The notes: generated by a model from the letters alone, not told the origin. A stretch of DNA of 64,000 nucleotides from Botryllus schlosseri (GCA_051294905.1 CM119378.1:1364001-1428000); one strand, 5' to 3'; positions 12,421-25,900 are shown, counted from the first letter of the stretch. Translations and numbers: made by a program.

Positions 12421-12462
12421 CAATGATATATATGTATATATATATATGTATATATATCATTG
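12421..12462. mobile_element. 42-bp palindromic mini-MITE with 8-bp TSD
   Basis: CAATGATATATA...TATATATCATTG, flanked by perfect AACCACAC duplications at 12413-12420 and 12463-12470. Confidence 0.85.
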
Positions 12463-15243
12463 AACCACACCTAGTTCAGCGTTGTTCATATTATCCGTGA
12501 AAATACAAAGTCCTAAATACACATAATAATAATATCTGGCGAATAGAGCCTTGCATAGACATCATAGTTTTTGGTTATCATGACAATAACTGGTTTCCGT
12601 TAGCGAAGTGTTATTGCAGATATAAACTTCCATATAAATCAATTGAATTCAAATTCACATTCTCAAAAACGTGTTATCTGAGAGCTCATATTATCCGCGA
12701 AAATACAAAGTCCTAAATACACATAATAATATTATCCATAGAATATAGCCTTGCATAGTCATCATAGTTTTCGAATTTATGTATATTTTCGATACTTTGG
12801 GCGTCCTGTAGGTGTGATAATTAGGACGACGTGGCGAAATTTCACGATGAACGTAAATAACCTCAGGGGCAGACTCGACACGCATGATTGGTGCGTACCA
12901 AAATTGCTTAGCCTCACTACTCATGTGGATTCCGGCGCAGTGCGTTTAATCGCCAGGAAGTTTCGGCCTATATGCGACGAGTATATTCGGCCAAAATCTT
13001 TTCGATGGCTCACTTACACGGCCCATGTAAGGTAGGGTTGACATACGGCCGGATTTTTCCGACATGTCCATAATTTGAGTGTTCTAAATACGTCCGGAAG
13101 TAAATGATAAAATATGCCTAAATGTCCACAATTTTATCAAATTGTAATTTGCTTGCTGTGAAATTTTCTTTAGTGTTATTACATTTGGTTTTAATACAGG
13201 TTGTTGTACCATCGCAAGAAAATTGTAATTAAAATGAATTAGAAATACGTATAATTTATCAAAACAAGTGTGATAGTATTTGCAATGATGAGAGAACGAT
13301 ATTTATTCCTGGTATCTCTTAATGCAGTTTTGATGCATAAGTCAAAGAAGTGGTTTTGAACCTTGGACTCGCGATCCTATTGGGTCGTTTTTTCGGGGGA
13401 TCGCGAATGAGTTGAACGTATTCAGCTTGTCATATAGGCCGTGAGTAAGTCTGAATGAAGGTGCGGACCGTTTCCAGTAATCACCTGACTAAATTTTGAG
13501 GTGGACCAGGGAATATTTTCAAATTGGAAATCGAGTCGAAATCATAGAAAGGTTGTAACCTCTGGTCTAAGAGCATGCAAACTGCTGGTGCGAATCGTCA
13601 TTTCGACCAAGCAATAGCCTTCTCCGTGTGACATGGATTTGGACATGGACATGACTTAATGATGTACAATTACGTGACCGACATGGGCCCTTCATAGTCA
13701 TCATCTCCACCAGCCCTAACTAACTCAGCTAACTCGGCGGAGACCAGAACAAAAAGTTACAAGTAACCAACTAACCGTTATTATTTAAAGAATTGATTAA
13801 TAAACTTTGAAATAATGTCTACCTCATTTCCCGATCGCTAGGGGACAATAAAGACTGTCCGGATTTTAGTTGCTTCGAGACTTTAGCTATGGATCCTGCG
13901 TAGTTATCTTGTTAATATCCATATACACTTTTTTAGGTTCAATATACAGCTACATATTTTCGTTTGAGACAGTAGTTTTCAAACTTTATCGACACGTCTT
14001 CCTTGATGATAGTGATAAAACTCGCCCCGCCTCCTTACCGTCATATCAAAACATATTAAATAGAGAAACAACAATATTTACAATCCCAATGCATTGTTTG
14101 GTGGCATGAGAGGCGTTATGACTGTTAAGAAACTTCTCAAATATGGAATTCGGACTACGTGTTTATGAGCCTGGGGCAAACCGCGCCGAACGCGAAAAAA
14201 TCCCAGTTGAAAATTTGTTAAACATAATCATGTGCAATCGTAGCACGTGGCGCTTCGATATTTTAGCGATTTTGGACGCTCAAACGTTCCTGACTATGAG
14301 ACAAATCAAAAACCAATGGCACAGCTACATGCATTGTCCAGTTACACTTTATTCAGACACATCTTCTGATTAGTACAAGATTCGTTTATCAGTCAAAATC
14401 TAGTATCAGTGGATGGATGGTACGACGCAGTTATGACTTTTTAAACCGAAATCAGAACAAATTAAACTCATTCCGGGTTCACGAAACATCATTTCTCTCA
14501 GGTGGCTTTGCGCCCCCCTCAGATACTTTCACGACCCTAAGGGGGCGCGCCCGCGAATTTGAGAACCAGTGGACGGAAGGATATCATTTTATCATTGCAA
14601 TCTGATAAAGAAAATGGTCTAAATGTGTCGTAGCTATATAGGTTTATATTTAGAACAAAAATCAATTGAAAGCAATCAAGTTTAAAACACGGTCCTTGTT
14701 TCAAACATGTTTCTTATTGTTTTCGGTTGTTAGCCATGATTTCCTAAGAAAAAATAAGATATGAAATTACAAAACAGTGGTTCACGCTATAGTGCATCGC
14801 ACGGAATTCCCGAAATGTGGTTTGCCTATTATAATCAGCAAACAATTACTGCGACGCAAGCTAGACTCGGGAACCCTCTGTGTTCGAAGTAAGAGACAAA
14901 TTACTGCTTGAATACGCGTTTTCTCGTTCGTAATCAATCATCTATGGCGTGTATTCTTGTCCACTTGACGCACTCGTATTCTAGAATTGTCGCGCGATTG
15001 CCGGGCATATCTCACGGTGGATCGCACAATGAAACATTTCATTAAAAGTGGGTCGCGAATTAAAGAAGCCTGGGAATCACTGTCCTAAAGGATTCGATTC
15101 CAGATCGAATAAGCTTTGACCTGAACTATCGTAACAATACTCGATTTAATTTTGGAACTTGATCGTTGCGCATTGACTATTTATTATAAACATCCAGCTC
15201 GGAATCTGTGTACAGTACATCAGGATAAAGAAAAAAGATCCAC

Positions 15244-15371
15244 CTGTTATTTTGGACAATATTCTTCAGGCAGGGTCTCAAACAGAAGGTGTGCTGACAA
15301 GGCAGCATTTTTGGTTCCTCGAAACGATCCAAACACACCGGACAAATGATAAGTTCTTCAATCCGCTCCAT
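15244..15371 (-). CDS. First coding exon of a RING-finger (TRIM/NHL-1-like) gene, N-terminal part of a C3HC4 RING
   Basis: MERIEELIICPVCLDRFEEPKMLPCQHTFCLRPCLKNIVQNNR followed by donor AG|GTGGAT. Contains C-x2-C, C-x-H and C-x3-C ligands. Same strand as, and upstream of, the NHL exons. Confidence 0.8.
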
Positions 15372-16508
15372 CACAAATTATTGAGTATATGTGCGTCACA
15401 ATCGCGATCCAAATCCGACCACACGAACGACTGTGCGTTTGGCCTATCAAGTCTGTCAAGTATACTTTTAATTTGCAACTGCACTCTCAAAATCTGACTT
15501 TATAAACTAGCTGACCTTATCCCATTACTAAGCAAGTGCAAGATGCATATTTACTTATTTACTCAGTCAACAAAACTGATTGCGATCGCACGGAGCATCA
15601 CCTGCTTTCGACATCGTTGTTCCTATCTCGCAAATATTTTGACCCTTGTGCGATTTATAATTACCAGTGCCAATACACGTCATAAAACGTATCGCATCAA
15701 AGCAGGGGTTCGTAAACTTCCATAAATTCCCATGGACTCCACTAACCCCCTCCTCAGTTTAAGAACCCCTACACTAAAGGTCACAGCAGAAGCATGAATA
15801 TATGAAGCATATATATAATATATTTTCGATAGAATATGTACGTCCTATCTCACGTAATATATATGCTATATATTGCGGCGAATAGCATTGAAATACAAAT
15901 GCAGTAATTTCATGATATGCAAGAAATAAGATATACCTTTGTCTTACTGTAGTGATTTCATGGCCTACTGAGTAAAGTTCGCACTAGGCAATATTTTATT
16001 ATATTATAATATTGGTAGCAATATTATATTATCTTGGCTATGATACGCACAGCCGTGATAAAACGTTATGGGCCGATGGGAAACGTCGGAAGGAGACGAG
16101 ATTTGTTGATATCACAAACCCATTGGGTAGTAGCGCACATCGACGGCGCACGATTACCATTTCAGAAATTGGGTAAGCGCAAATGCGCCATACGCCCCTC
16201 AGCAGTGGTTGTGACAATGCATGCGTCCACTATATAAAAACTATGCAGTGATGTAGAGGCTGTAAATTAACTAGCTTGGCGTGTGATATCTCCCAATAGA
16301 AAACTCTCCCGAACGTCAAAACGAATCGAATCTTTCGCTGGCATTACAAATTTGCGTCCGAGGGTTTCGTCCGGAGCTGGACAAGTACCAACAGATGCTT
16401 TCACGCCTCCCCCGTTTGGAGACACACTTATCTAGTTCAGTGGTTCTCAACCGCCGGTCCATGGCAACTGTCCTGCCGCTCCGCCAAATATTTTATAATT
16501 CCAGGCGT

Positions 16509-16810
16509 TAGGGTTGCCATATTTTGGAAATCTGAAAACAGGACACTTTTTCAAAATTTTCACACTTGCAATACCGGAAGAAAATCCTGAAATATGTAAA
16601 TCTTTCCCATTTCGAGGTCGGTTGACTAAAAAATAGTCAACTTTCCGGCCCAGCTCCCGAAATAGCCGCTGGAGCGTTTCTTCAGTGGTGATTTACTGTA
16701 TATCGCTTCAATTCTACCCTAGATTTAAACCAAATTCTCAAAAAAGAGGACATTTGGGCGTGCTTCGAGGATACTTTCGAAAAAGTAAAAAAATGACGTA
16801 TGTTAACCCT
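16509..16810. mobile_element. hAT (Blackjack-like) MITE
   Basis: Imperfect TIRs TAGGGTTGCCATA / TATGTTAACCCTA and internal GGACA motifs. No clear TSD. Confidence 0.55.
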
Positions 16811-17262
16811 ATCATATGTCCACTGGAAAACGTAAGAATTTGGACGTTTTTCCATGAAATTAGAGAAATGAAACAGGAAATTTTAAACTGATTTCGAAAT
16901 TTGGAACGTATTTTTCTGCATTGAGTCGTATTATAGACTTCATGGTTTACTTTGGACTTTGCGTAGGCCCACATCACGATGCTGCATGTGTTGTGCGATA
17001 TTGATCAAAAGTAGCCTGCGAGAAGTTCAAGGCAATAGTTATATGTGAAAAAGAAGAAGACTTTTTAAACAAAATCCGGTAATTTCCGACTGTACAATTT
17101 AGCGATATTTGGCAGTATGATAGCGGGCAGCAAACTACAGTCCAATCTTTTTCAAAGAATCTGAGCAATCAAGATCATTTTAGTGGAACCTCAATACAGG
17201 AACTTCAATTGAGCCACCTATAACGCGTCTAATATCAAAAAGGCAGATTATATTCACTAGAT

Positions 17263-18744
17263 CAGTGCTCTTCAACCTTTTTCGACGTGGTACACCCTTT
17301 TAACGTTTGCTCAAAACTCGTACACCCCTGTTCATTAGGGGTCTTCAAAAATGACTTTTTCCTCAAATCGTACTGGCTACTTGATTAAATTGTTAGGTTA
17401 CCTAACTTAAGCCTACACACCAAATTTGGTTCAATTCCAACCAGTAGCCGCATGGCTACGGAAGAAGAAAGTGTGATAGTGTAATGGTTATGCGTCCAGC
17501 TTCTCGATCGGTAGGTCGTGGGTTCAATCCCCGGCTGGGTCAGACCAAAGACTCTAAAACTGGTATCCGCGGCTATCCAGCTAGGCGCTCAGCATCCATG
17601 GATAGCGTGGAGGAGAAAAATACGGTGGTGCAGACTAGATGACCTTGCTTAAAGGTCGTATCGCATCTCCATCGTCAAAGCATCTCGATGGTGCCGGCGA
17701 AAATAAATCTGATCCCTCTCTCTCTCTATTTATAATATAAAAATAAATAACGAAAGTATTAGGTTGTCTATAAAAATGATGTTCTTCAAATTTGGTTCAA
17801 TTCCAACCAGTAGAAGCGGAGTTATTGCCGTCAAAAAATTTGGATTTGAATAAAATAGTATTTGATCACAGAGTCTATTCGCAGCCAGTTAGGCCGCCCG
17901 CCACGCAAATTGGAATTTATTTCGTGTCAGCCCAAAACAGCATGACATTACGAACGATAATCAACCTAAACGTAACAGTAATGGGGAGAGAATAGGTAAA
18001 GCTACTGCTGCAGAAGCGGTAATTCAGATCAGCGATGATAGCAGGCGCACCAGCCTACTGCGTGTCAGGCCTGCCCCACACCACACACAGTCGATAGTAG
18101 CACATGGGCTGCAAGAGATGTCAGTAACCTCAGATCGTATGCCGCTATACACAGTCTATTGTCGCAAATTTGCATCACTAATAACAAAATACTAAATTGC
18201 AAATGTATGGCGAAATATTGGACATAAAATCGGCATTTTAAAACAAAAGGGTTTCGATTTCAACATGGAAGCTGTTTCGACCCTGGCTGGCTACGTCACT
18301 TCATTTATGTGCATTGCGGTACATTTATTAACGTCGGGTAGGAAGTACTGATTCAAGAAGTCTGAGCTATCGCGGCGGTTTCCTCAAAAATCACTAACAG
18401 ACAAATGACTAACTGAACACATGTTTGTTGATAACTGCATACTTTCCAACACCAAACGGAACCATTGGGCTATTGCCGACGGCTAAATGAATGGGAGAAA
18501 TATTTGCTTATGACATCACCATCAAGCGGTGTACAGTATTACAGTTGAGATAACATTGTACCATATTGCTCATTAACCTGTGCATCAACCTGTACTGACC
18601 CATAAACCTGTTTTTGTGATAGCTAGCCATCGGCTCACTGTAATTCGGATCTGGTACACCCCTGTACACCCCATCCGAGTGGTACACCCTTTGCAAATTC
18701 TGGTACACCCTCGGGTGTACGACAACCCCGGTTGAAGAGCACTG
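17263..18744. mobile_element. Non-autonomous hAT-type transposon carrying a nested MITE fragment and SINE
   Basis: Perfect 15-bp TIRs CAGTGCTCTTCAACC / GGTTGAAGAGCACTG. Perfect 8-bp TSD CACTAGAT (17255-17262, 18745-18752). Subterminal GTACACCC repeats. Confidence 0.93.
17471..17727 (+). mobile_element. tRNA-derived SINE (MetaSINE-like core)
   Basis: Pol III box A TAGTGTAATGG (17477-17487) and box B GGTTCAATCCC (17521-17531). Core GGGTCAGACCAAAGACTCTAAAACTGGTATCC...GCTAGGCGCTCAGCA resembles the Meta domain as I recall it. (CT)n tail. Absent from the homologous MITE copy at ~7420. Confidence 0.8.
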
Positions 18745-19261
18745 CACTAGATCCACAATCAGTGCAAAACGAATGGGAATTTGAGATTGCTTGCTGTCGC
18801 CAATACTGACTAGCTGAGACTGAGATGATCTTAAGATGATTGTTACAAACAACTAACAATTACGAATTGAATGATGGATCAATGTGGCGAGTAGTGAACT
18901 TTTCCTATTGCGAAGCTTGCCTGAGCTTTATACTGGCACAGCTCGCATATCCGATGCTTTTAGAAACAAACAGCAATCACCACACTCTTGGCGAGACGAA
19001 TCTGTATTCACGCCCAAAGCACCGAAAGGGTGGTACACGAATACAGAACCTAGCTCATATCACATAACTTATAAAACGGTCATAAATACCGGGTGTCTAC
19101 GTGCATGCATAATTTGAATTAAAATGTTGTAGTTGGGTTTGGTCAAATATACCCCCGCCAATCCCAGAAGGCCACGTCGCCTTAATTACCACGCCTACAT
19201 TGCCACATCATCCGCCCATTGCCGCACCTATGGGACGCCTATTGCCACATCATCCGCCCAT

Positions 19262-20597
19262 GACTGCGTAGATCATAAAATTCTCATCTCGAAATTGGCG
19301 CGTTACGGACTTCGGGGCCCACAACTTGAGCTCATGAAAAGTTACCTCACTGGACGCCAACAAATGGTTGCGATCTCAGACACCTTGTCCTCTCCTCACC
19401 CGGTGACCTGTGGTGTGCCCCAGGGCTCAGTACTTGGACCGGTCCTTTTCACCTTATATGTCAACGACATTTTTGAAACCTGCTCATTGAACACCACACT
19501 GTTCGCTGATGATACTCACCTCCTCTCTTCCGCATCTTCGACGGCAGAGCTAGATGCCCTGACTGGTGACCAAATGCTCAAAGTCCATGAGTGGACGGCC
19601 CAGAACAACCTTTGCATAAACGCCTCGAAATCACAATTGCTGACAGTACATTCAAAAAATAACCTAACGGTTAATATCGCTGGTCAGCCCGTTTCCAACA
19701 CAGATAATGCCAAATATCTCGGAGTTTTACTGGACTCGAACATGTCCTGGAAGAGTCATGTTCAGTCCCTAGAAACTAAATTATCACCGAAGTGCGGCCT
19801 GTTCTACAGCCTTGGGCGCTTCATGCCAGCATGGGTTCTTCTGATACTCTTTAAATCCTTAATCCAATCGAAGTTACATTATGGCATCCTCTGTTGGGGG
19901 GCTGCCAGTAAAACTGCACTCAAGCCACTGCAGAAACTACAGCATGAAGTACTCCGAATCATAGCTAGGGCCCCAAAGGGGCCTGGCTGCCCATCCAATA
20001 AGTCTCTGCTGAAGAGATTCGGCGTCCTAAACATAGAAGATATGCGGAAACTAGAAATCGCCAAGTTTATGTATCAGTTTCACTGCGGTCGTTGCCCCGA
20101 ATATTTCAATGACTTCTTTACCTCTGAATCAAAAGCGCACAAGTACAACACACGCGCGTCCACGTCGTCCAAATATCATATGATCGACCGAAAAGATCAT
20201 CGCTCCATCAAATATGCCGGACCTGATGTGTGGAACAGTATCCCACCGGCCATCCGACAGTCGACGAGCATGTCCACATTCAAGCCGAAATACAAGCAAT
20301 TACTACTAAATAAATACAGTCCATCCTCAAGATTACCGGACCACGACTGACCTATCGATCTCGCTTCCCATGACATGCCGCCCTATTTCTTGTCGCATTC
20401 TTTTTCTATACTATCTTCTTTACTTCCATTCAGTGTGCATGCCTCCTCTTTACATCGCCTAGGCCAAGGTGGGTGTCAGATTCCATAGACTACTCCTTGT
20501 CGCTTCGACATCTTCCTGTCTTTTCATTGTATCGCATTTTTGTGATGTATTGAACTGATAAAATTGCTAATAAACCAATGATGATGATGATGATGAT
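19262..20597 (+). mobile_element. 5'-truncated non-LTR retrotransposon (CR1/L2 group): C-terminal RT ORF2, 3' UTR and (ATG)n tail
   Basis: Open frame to TGA at 20350 with RT motifs DCVDHKIL, GVPQGSVLGPVLF, FADD and KYLGV. C-terminal W-N-S-I-P...FK motif. 3' UTR ends AATAAACCA(ATG)6. Confidence 0.92.
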
Positions 20598-22930
20598 TTA
20601 CACCGCGACATAAGACTGAGGTAGATTCAGGCTTCATATGTCATGGTGCGGGGCATACGATACTTATCGTACACCCCGCATGGCGTATATCCACACTCCA
20701 CAGCCTGTACACCAGTGGCATTGGTGGTACACGGTTAGAAATACACACTTTTTGGCTTAAAGCGCATATTCAGCCGTCTCGCTATTAGCTGTAATAAAGG
20801 AAGACCTACAGTCGTCTTATATAGGCGTGGTGAAAGGGGTCGAACGGTAGGGGGCGCTGGTACATCAGTCTTTCTTCAAGAGGGCGGTAGCTCAAAAAAG
20901 TTTGGGAACACTGTTGTAGAGTGTCATCGTGTCGGTCGGTCGAAACGGAAGCGTGATACACTGATACCAATTGCTTAGTTTCAAATCAACTTATAAATAT
21001 TGCAGATAAAATTGGCATTTCAGAAAGACTGGGTTCTGTTTTCTTACACCAACCGCCTCTGCGTACGCCGTTGCACACGACGTACCATCACAGCAGTCAC
21101 AATTCGAGTACTGATCGGATTTAAATGTCTGCAACCCCCGATGACCAAGGCGGGTGTATTATCAAAAATCATAGGTATGAGTTTTGTCTGTCTTCCGGAA
21201 CGAATGGCACGCGGAACCCATGGTGTTCCGTGGAACACCGGTTAATACCGCTGATTTAGTCATTGCAATTATGTCATCTAGCTGCATTAGTTATTGCGAA
21301 TATAGTGAAGTCGTTCCGGACAAAGATGACACTGCTGATCTATTCTATTCACAATCATTCACCGAAAAAGATGCTTATACTATAGCTCTTTATTATACAT
21401 GACGTATACGGATTTCGTCCAAACTGAAAACAGAGGGAATGTTAGGCCTATATATCGCCAGTTGCGTGATATTGTGGCGAATAGCCGAATATATTCTATT
21501 CATTAAGCGAGATCGGAGCAGAGACCTACAAATACATTAGGTATAGCTTCAATACGGGAAAACACCAGAGTCGTCAATGCGTGTAGTCGAAACTATCGAA
21601 TCTTGCGGTGTTTTAAAAGCTTAAATTTATTAATCAACTGATGAAGATCATAGATACACTTGATAAATGACAAATATGACTCGGAGGTTCGCCAATATAT
21701 CCTGGATGTTTTCGAAAATATTCAAGTGTGAAAGCACAGTACTAATACAAAATAATCCATATTTACTGGATCCAGCGAGACTACAGCGAAGCTATTCTCA
21801 CGAAATCTTTTGGCTGGGCCCCCTCTCAGCTGTAAATAGCAAAGGAATAGATTGGTGCCTAAATATTGTGAAATAATTTCGGCACTAAAATTATCCTATT
21901 GCGTGTAATGTTGAGTGACAACGAGATCGAGGAAGATACAGGTGGATATTCTCCTAATGTAGCACTGTAGCAAAAGTGCAGCGGCTTTGTCAGAGGCTCG
22001 CAGCGTACCATAATCGGGGTGTTTAGATTTCGTAGGTAGGCGAGAGCGACCATAAATACCAAATAGTCTGTATCATTACTCGGTTAATTAAATACCCGGG
22101 ATATCCCCGATTGAATGCAAACACCCAGAACCACACGCTGCAAAGATGCTTTGTGTCTTTGTGTTCGACGAAACTGTTCTATATTAAGAGTGAACATAGC
22201 TCTATAGATCAGCAGACTCCAATTATAGTTGATACTTTCGGGCCATGTCTAATTAACCATAGTGACATATTTTGCCAAACCCACTTTCATTCAAGGCTGC
22301 ACGAGAGAGGCCGGTCGCTTTGAAATAACCAATCAAAATATGGAAAGTACAGAAGTTATATATGAATATAGAAACCAGATTCATTTATAAGAATACCAGA
22401 CGGAATGGAGCGTTAGTAAATGGCTGGCTGGTAAAGGGACAAGCTATCGATAAACATTCATAAATTGAAAGTCTCTCTAATGAAGTTCAAAGTGAAAAGT
22501 ATGCTACTTGAGATTATATTTGTCATGAAAAGTGAGTATGGATTCCGATATTATAACGCTGTATTTTCCCAATACCGTTGATAGCAGCAGAAGGCAATCG
22601 TTAAGACTTGTGATGCGCGCAGCAGACTCGTTATTTCTCAGGGCTGGTTGGTTGATGGGCATGTGGAGCAGGGGTATATATTCTTGAAACTGCAATAAGG
22701 CGGATTTGCATTTACATTATCGGATTTCATCTGACATCATCTCAAACAGTGTACACATTTAACTATAGTTCAAGTGTAAGTCGCTGCCTCGAGTCATGGT
22801 CAGACCAAAGACCATCAGAACTTTCATGCTATTACCACGAAAAGATGGTAGCAAGTCGGGTGGATTGGCGGTACGCCGCGTACAAATGCTACACATTTGA
22901 CGCAGTCTGATGTTGTAATCACTGTTTCAG

Positions 22931-25900
22931 ACATATTCTCTGTGGTTTCTGGGCAATGCGAAGGGTCCCCGCTTGATCTCAGCCCGAATGCATCAACACC
23001 AGAAGTGTTACACATCACATCACCTCATTATCCAAACGAATATAACAAGACGGCGGACTGCGAATGGACGATAAGCGGAACAGGATACAGTTACGAGATC
23101 TCTTTTGTAGAAAAAGTCCTTGACTTTCAAGATCCGTATGGAAGGAATTATTGTTCCGGGTCATACGTCATCGCGGTTAATGGAGGTAGGTCAGGTTGGT
23201 CACGAGCTAGAACTATAGAAGTAGCGATTTCGAAGTTTGTGTTCTAGAACTAGTTTTGCGTAAACACACCGGAATCTGTCAAGTAAAAGTCGAAGTAGCC
23301 TACGATAAAAAGAGAATCACCCGAGTATGATAAGTACTAGTTGTATCAAATCGCACTTGAAGTATTCCGGAAAAATTGCAAGACTTCGTTACAGACCGCA
23401 TCCGGTGAAATGACATGAATTATTCCATTAGTTATTTCCTATATTCTCCACTTCGTAGTTGGACCGCTAGAACATTTTCCGCTTTACTAAATTAGATTAG
23501 AATTAGAATTACTGGATTCGCAAAAACTTGGAAATTCAATGAACTTCCGAATGAGAAAGAAATACAAAAACAAAGTTCAGTTCATACTAGAGTTGTAACC
23601 AAGTCATAAGGTTCCGAGTCGCAACTCAATCTCTCTTTCATAGTTTTGACTCGAATCAATTTGAGTCATTTTCAATTCCTCGCCGAGTCAAGTCTGAGTC
23701 TAAGTCGGTGAGCAGAGGGTTCAGTCCGTTTCACATTGATGAGAATCGAGTCCTTGTTCTAGCTGTTCAGTTTCGAGGAGAATCCATGTTCAACCCCCAT
23801 TTTACAACTTTGCTTGGGTGATATCGAATGCCTCTCATTCATAATATAGTCATTTCCCTCGCTCTTAGCAGTTTCTGGTCCTGTTTTTTCAATTACCGGT
23901 ACTGATAGACGATATTCTTCGAAGTTAAAATAAAATGCCTGTCTTTGCCGTCCGCGTCTGGAGTCATATGACGCAACTTAGTGAGAATTATTTACTTGTC
24001 GAAGCCTGCACTATAAGGGCAGTCAACGTATTCACGGTCTGCCATTTTGTATTGCAGAAGATATCGATTGCTTGTGGCCAACAGATCCGGAGATGCTTTG
24101 TTTCGCTTTCCAACAACCCTCATGCGGCGACCCACAGATCAACCCTAAATGCCAATCGAATACGTATTACAACGACACCCTTCGTGTGACTTATAGATCA
24201 GACGGTAGAACCTCAGATAAGCAGAACGTTACTGGGTTCAATATGACGATCAAGGTCACGAAATGCCCGAGCGAAGCAAACAGCACAGGTGAGTGCATCA
24301 GTGTGGTTGCGCTATACATTGCGAATTTGCAACGACATATAAAATGATTCCAATTGCAAATTTTATTTATGTAGGCTATTATCTTCATTCATTCATTTAT
24401 TCGTTTATTAATATTTGAAGAAACTCTTGACGTCACAGAACTTCAGTATAGAATTGAATAATATCCATCTCAATACGAATATATTAATATTGTTCTCATA
24501 AGTTCAAATTACCATAAGATCGAGATAAAATGAAAAAAATTGTTGGGAGTTGAAACGACTTGGATTAGTCTTTCAATCGTAAACCCACCTTGGGATATCT
24601 GGAACATGAAAGGAAGAAACGCATACTTTGAATGAAAATACCAAATAATCTTCAATGTGACGTAGAACTGGCTTTATAGTCTTTGTTCTCACATATATCC
24701 GCATCATTCACACTATTGTGACGTCATCATGAAGGGTAATCGACTCGACGCCTAACACTCGACTCAAAATCGAACCACTCAGGTAGGCCTTCTTCATTTT
24801 GGCCAGTCCAAATAAACTAGGATAACATTATATCCTTGATACCAGACACATGGGCGTTAACCTAATACCATGTCCTGTTGTCTGAGCGACTGAGCTACTG
24901 TACCGTAGGTCACACATACACACTTAAAACGGCTGTCTTCGACATTTGCGAGTACAATAGTCCGTTAATGTTATCACAGGATTGGGATTAGATGACCAGC
25001 AGACAGCAACGCAGCGTAAACTTCCTCTCTCTTTAGACGTTCCAACACCAACCGCAACATCTCCTCATCCTTATACGCACAGTATTTCGACTATAACGAC
25101 CGAACCACCTCATCAGTGGCCCGCGCGCAAACCGTCGACTCCATCTCATAGCGGAGGTATATTCTCTAGGCGTAAATTTCCCAGTTGACTGCTCATTTGG
25201 TTGTGCGTGATTCAGTGAATTTGAAGTGATACTTCGTTCTCAACAGAGTTGTAAGTAGCACAGTCACAAGGTTCCGAGTAACAAGTCAATCCTACTTTTA
25301 TACTTTTCACTCATTTTCAATTCACCATCGAGTCAAGTCCGAGTCCAAGTCGGGGGCGGAGGGTCCAAGTCATAGTGTTTACTGTTCAGTTTCGACTTCA
25401 AGGCATATTCAACCCTCCTTTTACGACTCCGATTGGGTGATATCAAATGCCTCGCACTCATAATTTACCTATTCTCCCCATCTCCTCTTACCAAGTACTA
25501 GTACTAATAGATGAAATACGAAGACATTTAGGCGTCCTCGGAGGACATTGTCGATTTCCTGAAAAGGGAGGACATACGGTAATCTTAGACATAGAGTCAT
25601 GTGACTTGGTAGAGTCACGCGTAATCACTCGAGTATACAAGTCGAGTCAATACACAAACTGTCTCAAGTCGAGTCGAATCATTATCTGTATTTAAAAAAA
25701 TGACCGCAGTCATGTCAACTCACCAAAAAATGGTGACACGAGTCGAGCCATGACTTGAGTCAATCCAGCCAAATATTTTGCTAGACATTTTCGCTACAAA
25801 AGTCTGTAATGTTATGAGAGTTAGGGTGACCAACAGAAAGCAACGTATCGTAAAATCAGTCTCTGTTTAGACGTTACAGCAACGACCGAAAGATATCATC

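Noticed and set aside
12691..12924. 77-aa minus-strand ORF as a missing TRIM exon
   Set aside because: No RING, B-box, coiled-coil or NHL features; weak splice signals; overlaps a local direct repeat.
17471..17545. tRNA gene
   Set aside because: Has A and B boxes but no proper acceptor stem, continues into a SINE core and tail, and is an insertion relative to the homologous MITE.
19133..19261. N-terminal part of the 405-aa RT ORF as a domesticated or fusion gene
   Set aside because: Starts at a non-ATG codon and is flanking or duplicated junction sequence that happens to be open in frame with the truncated LINE.
22613..22673. Possible first exon of receptor B (MRAADSLFLRAGWLMGMWSR, phase-1 donor GTATAT)
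   Set aside because: Phase fits, but it makes a poor signal peptide and cannot be cross-checked with paralog A, so it was not called.
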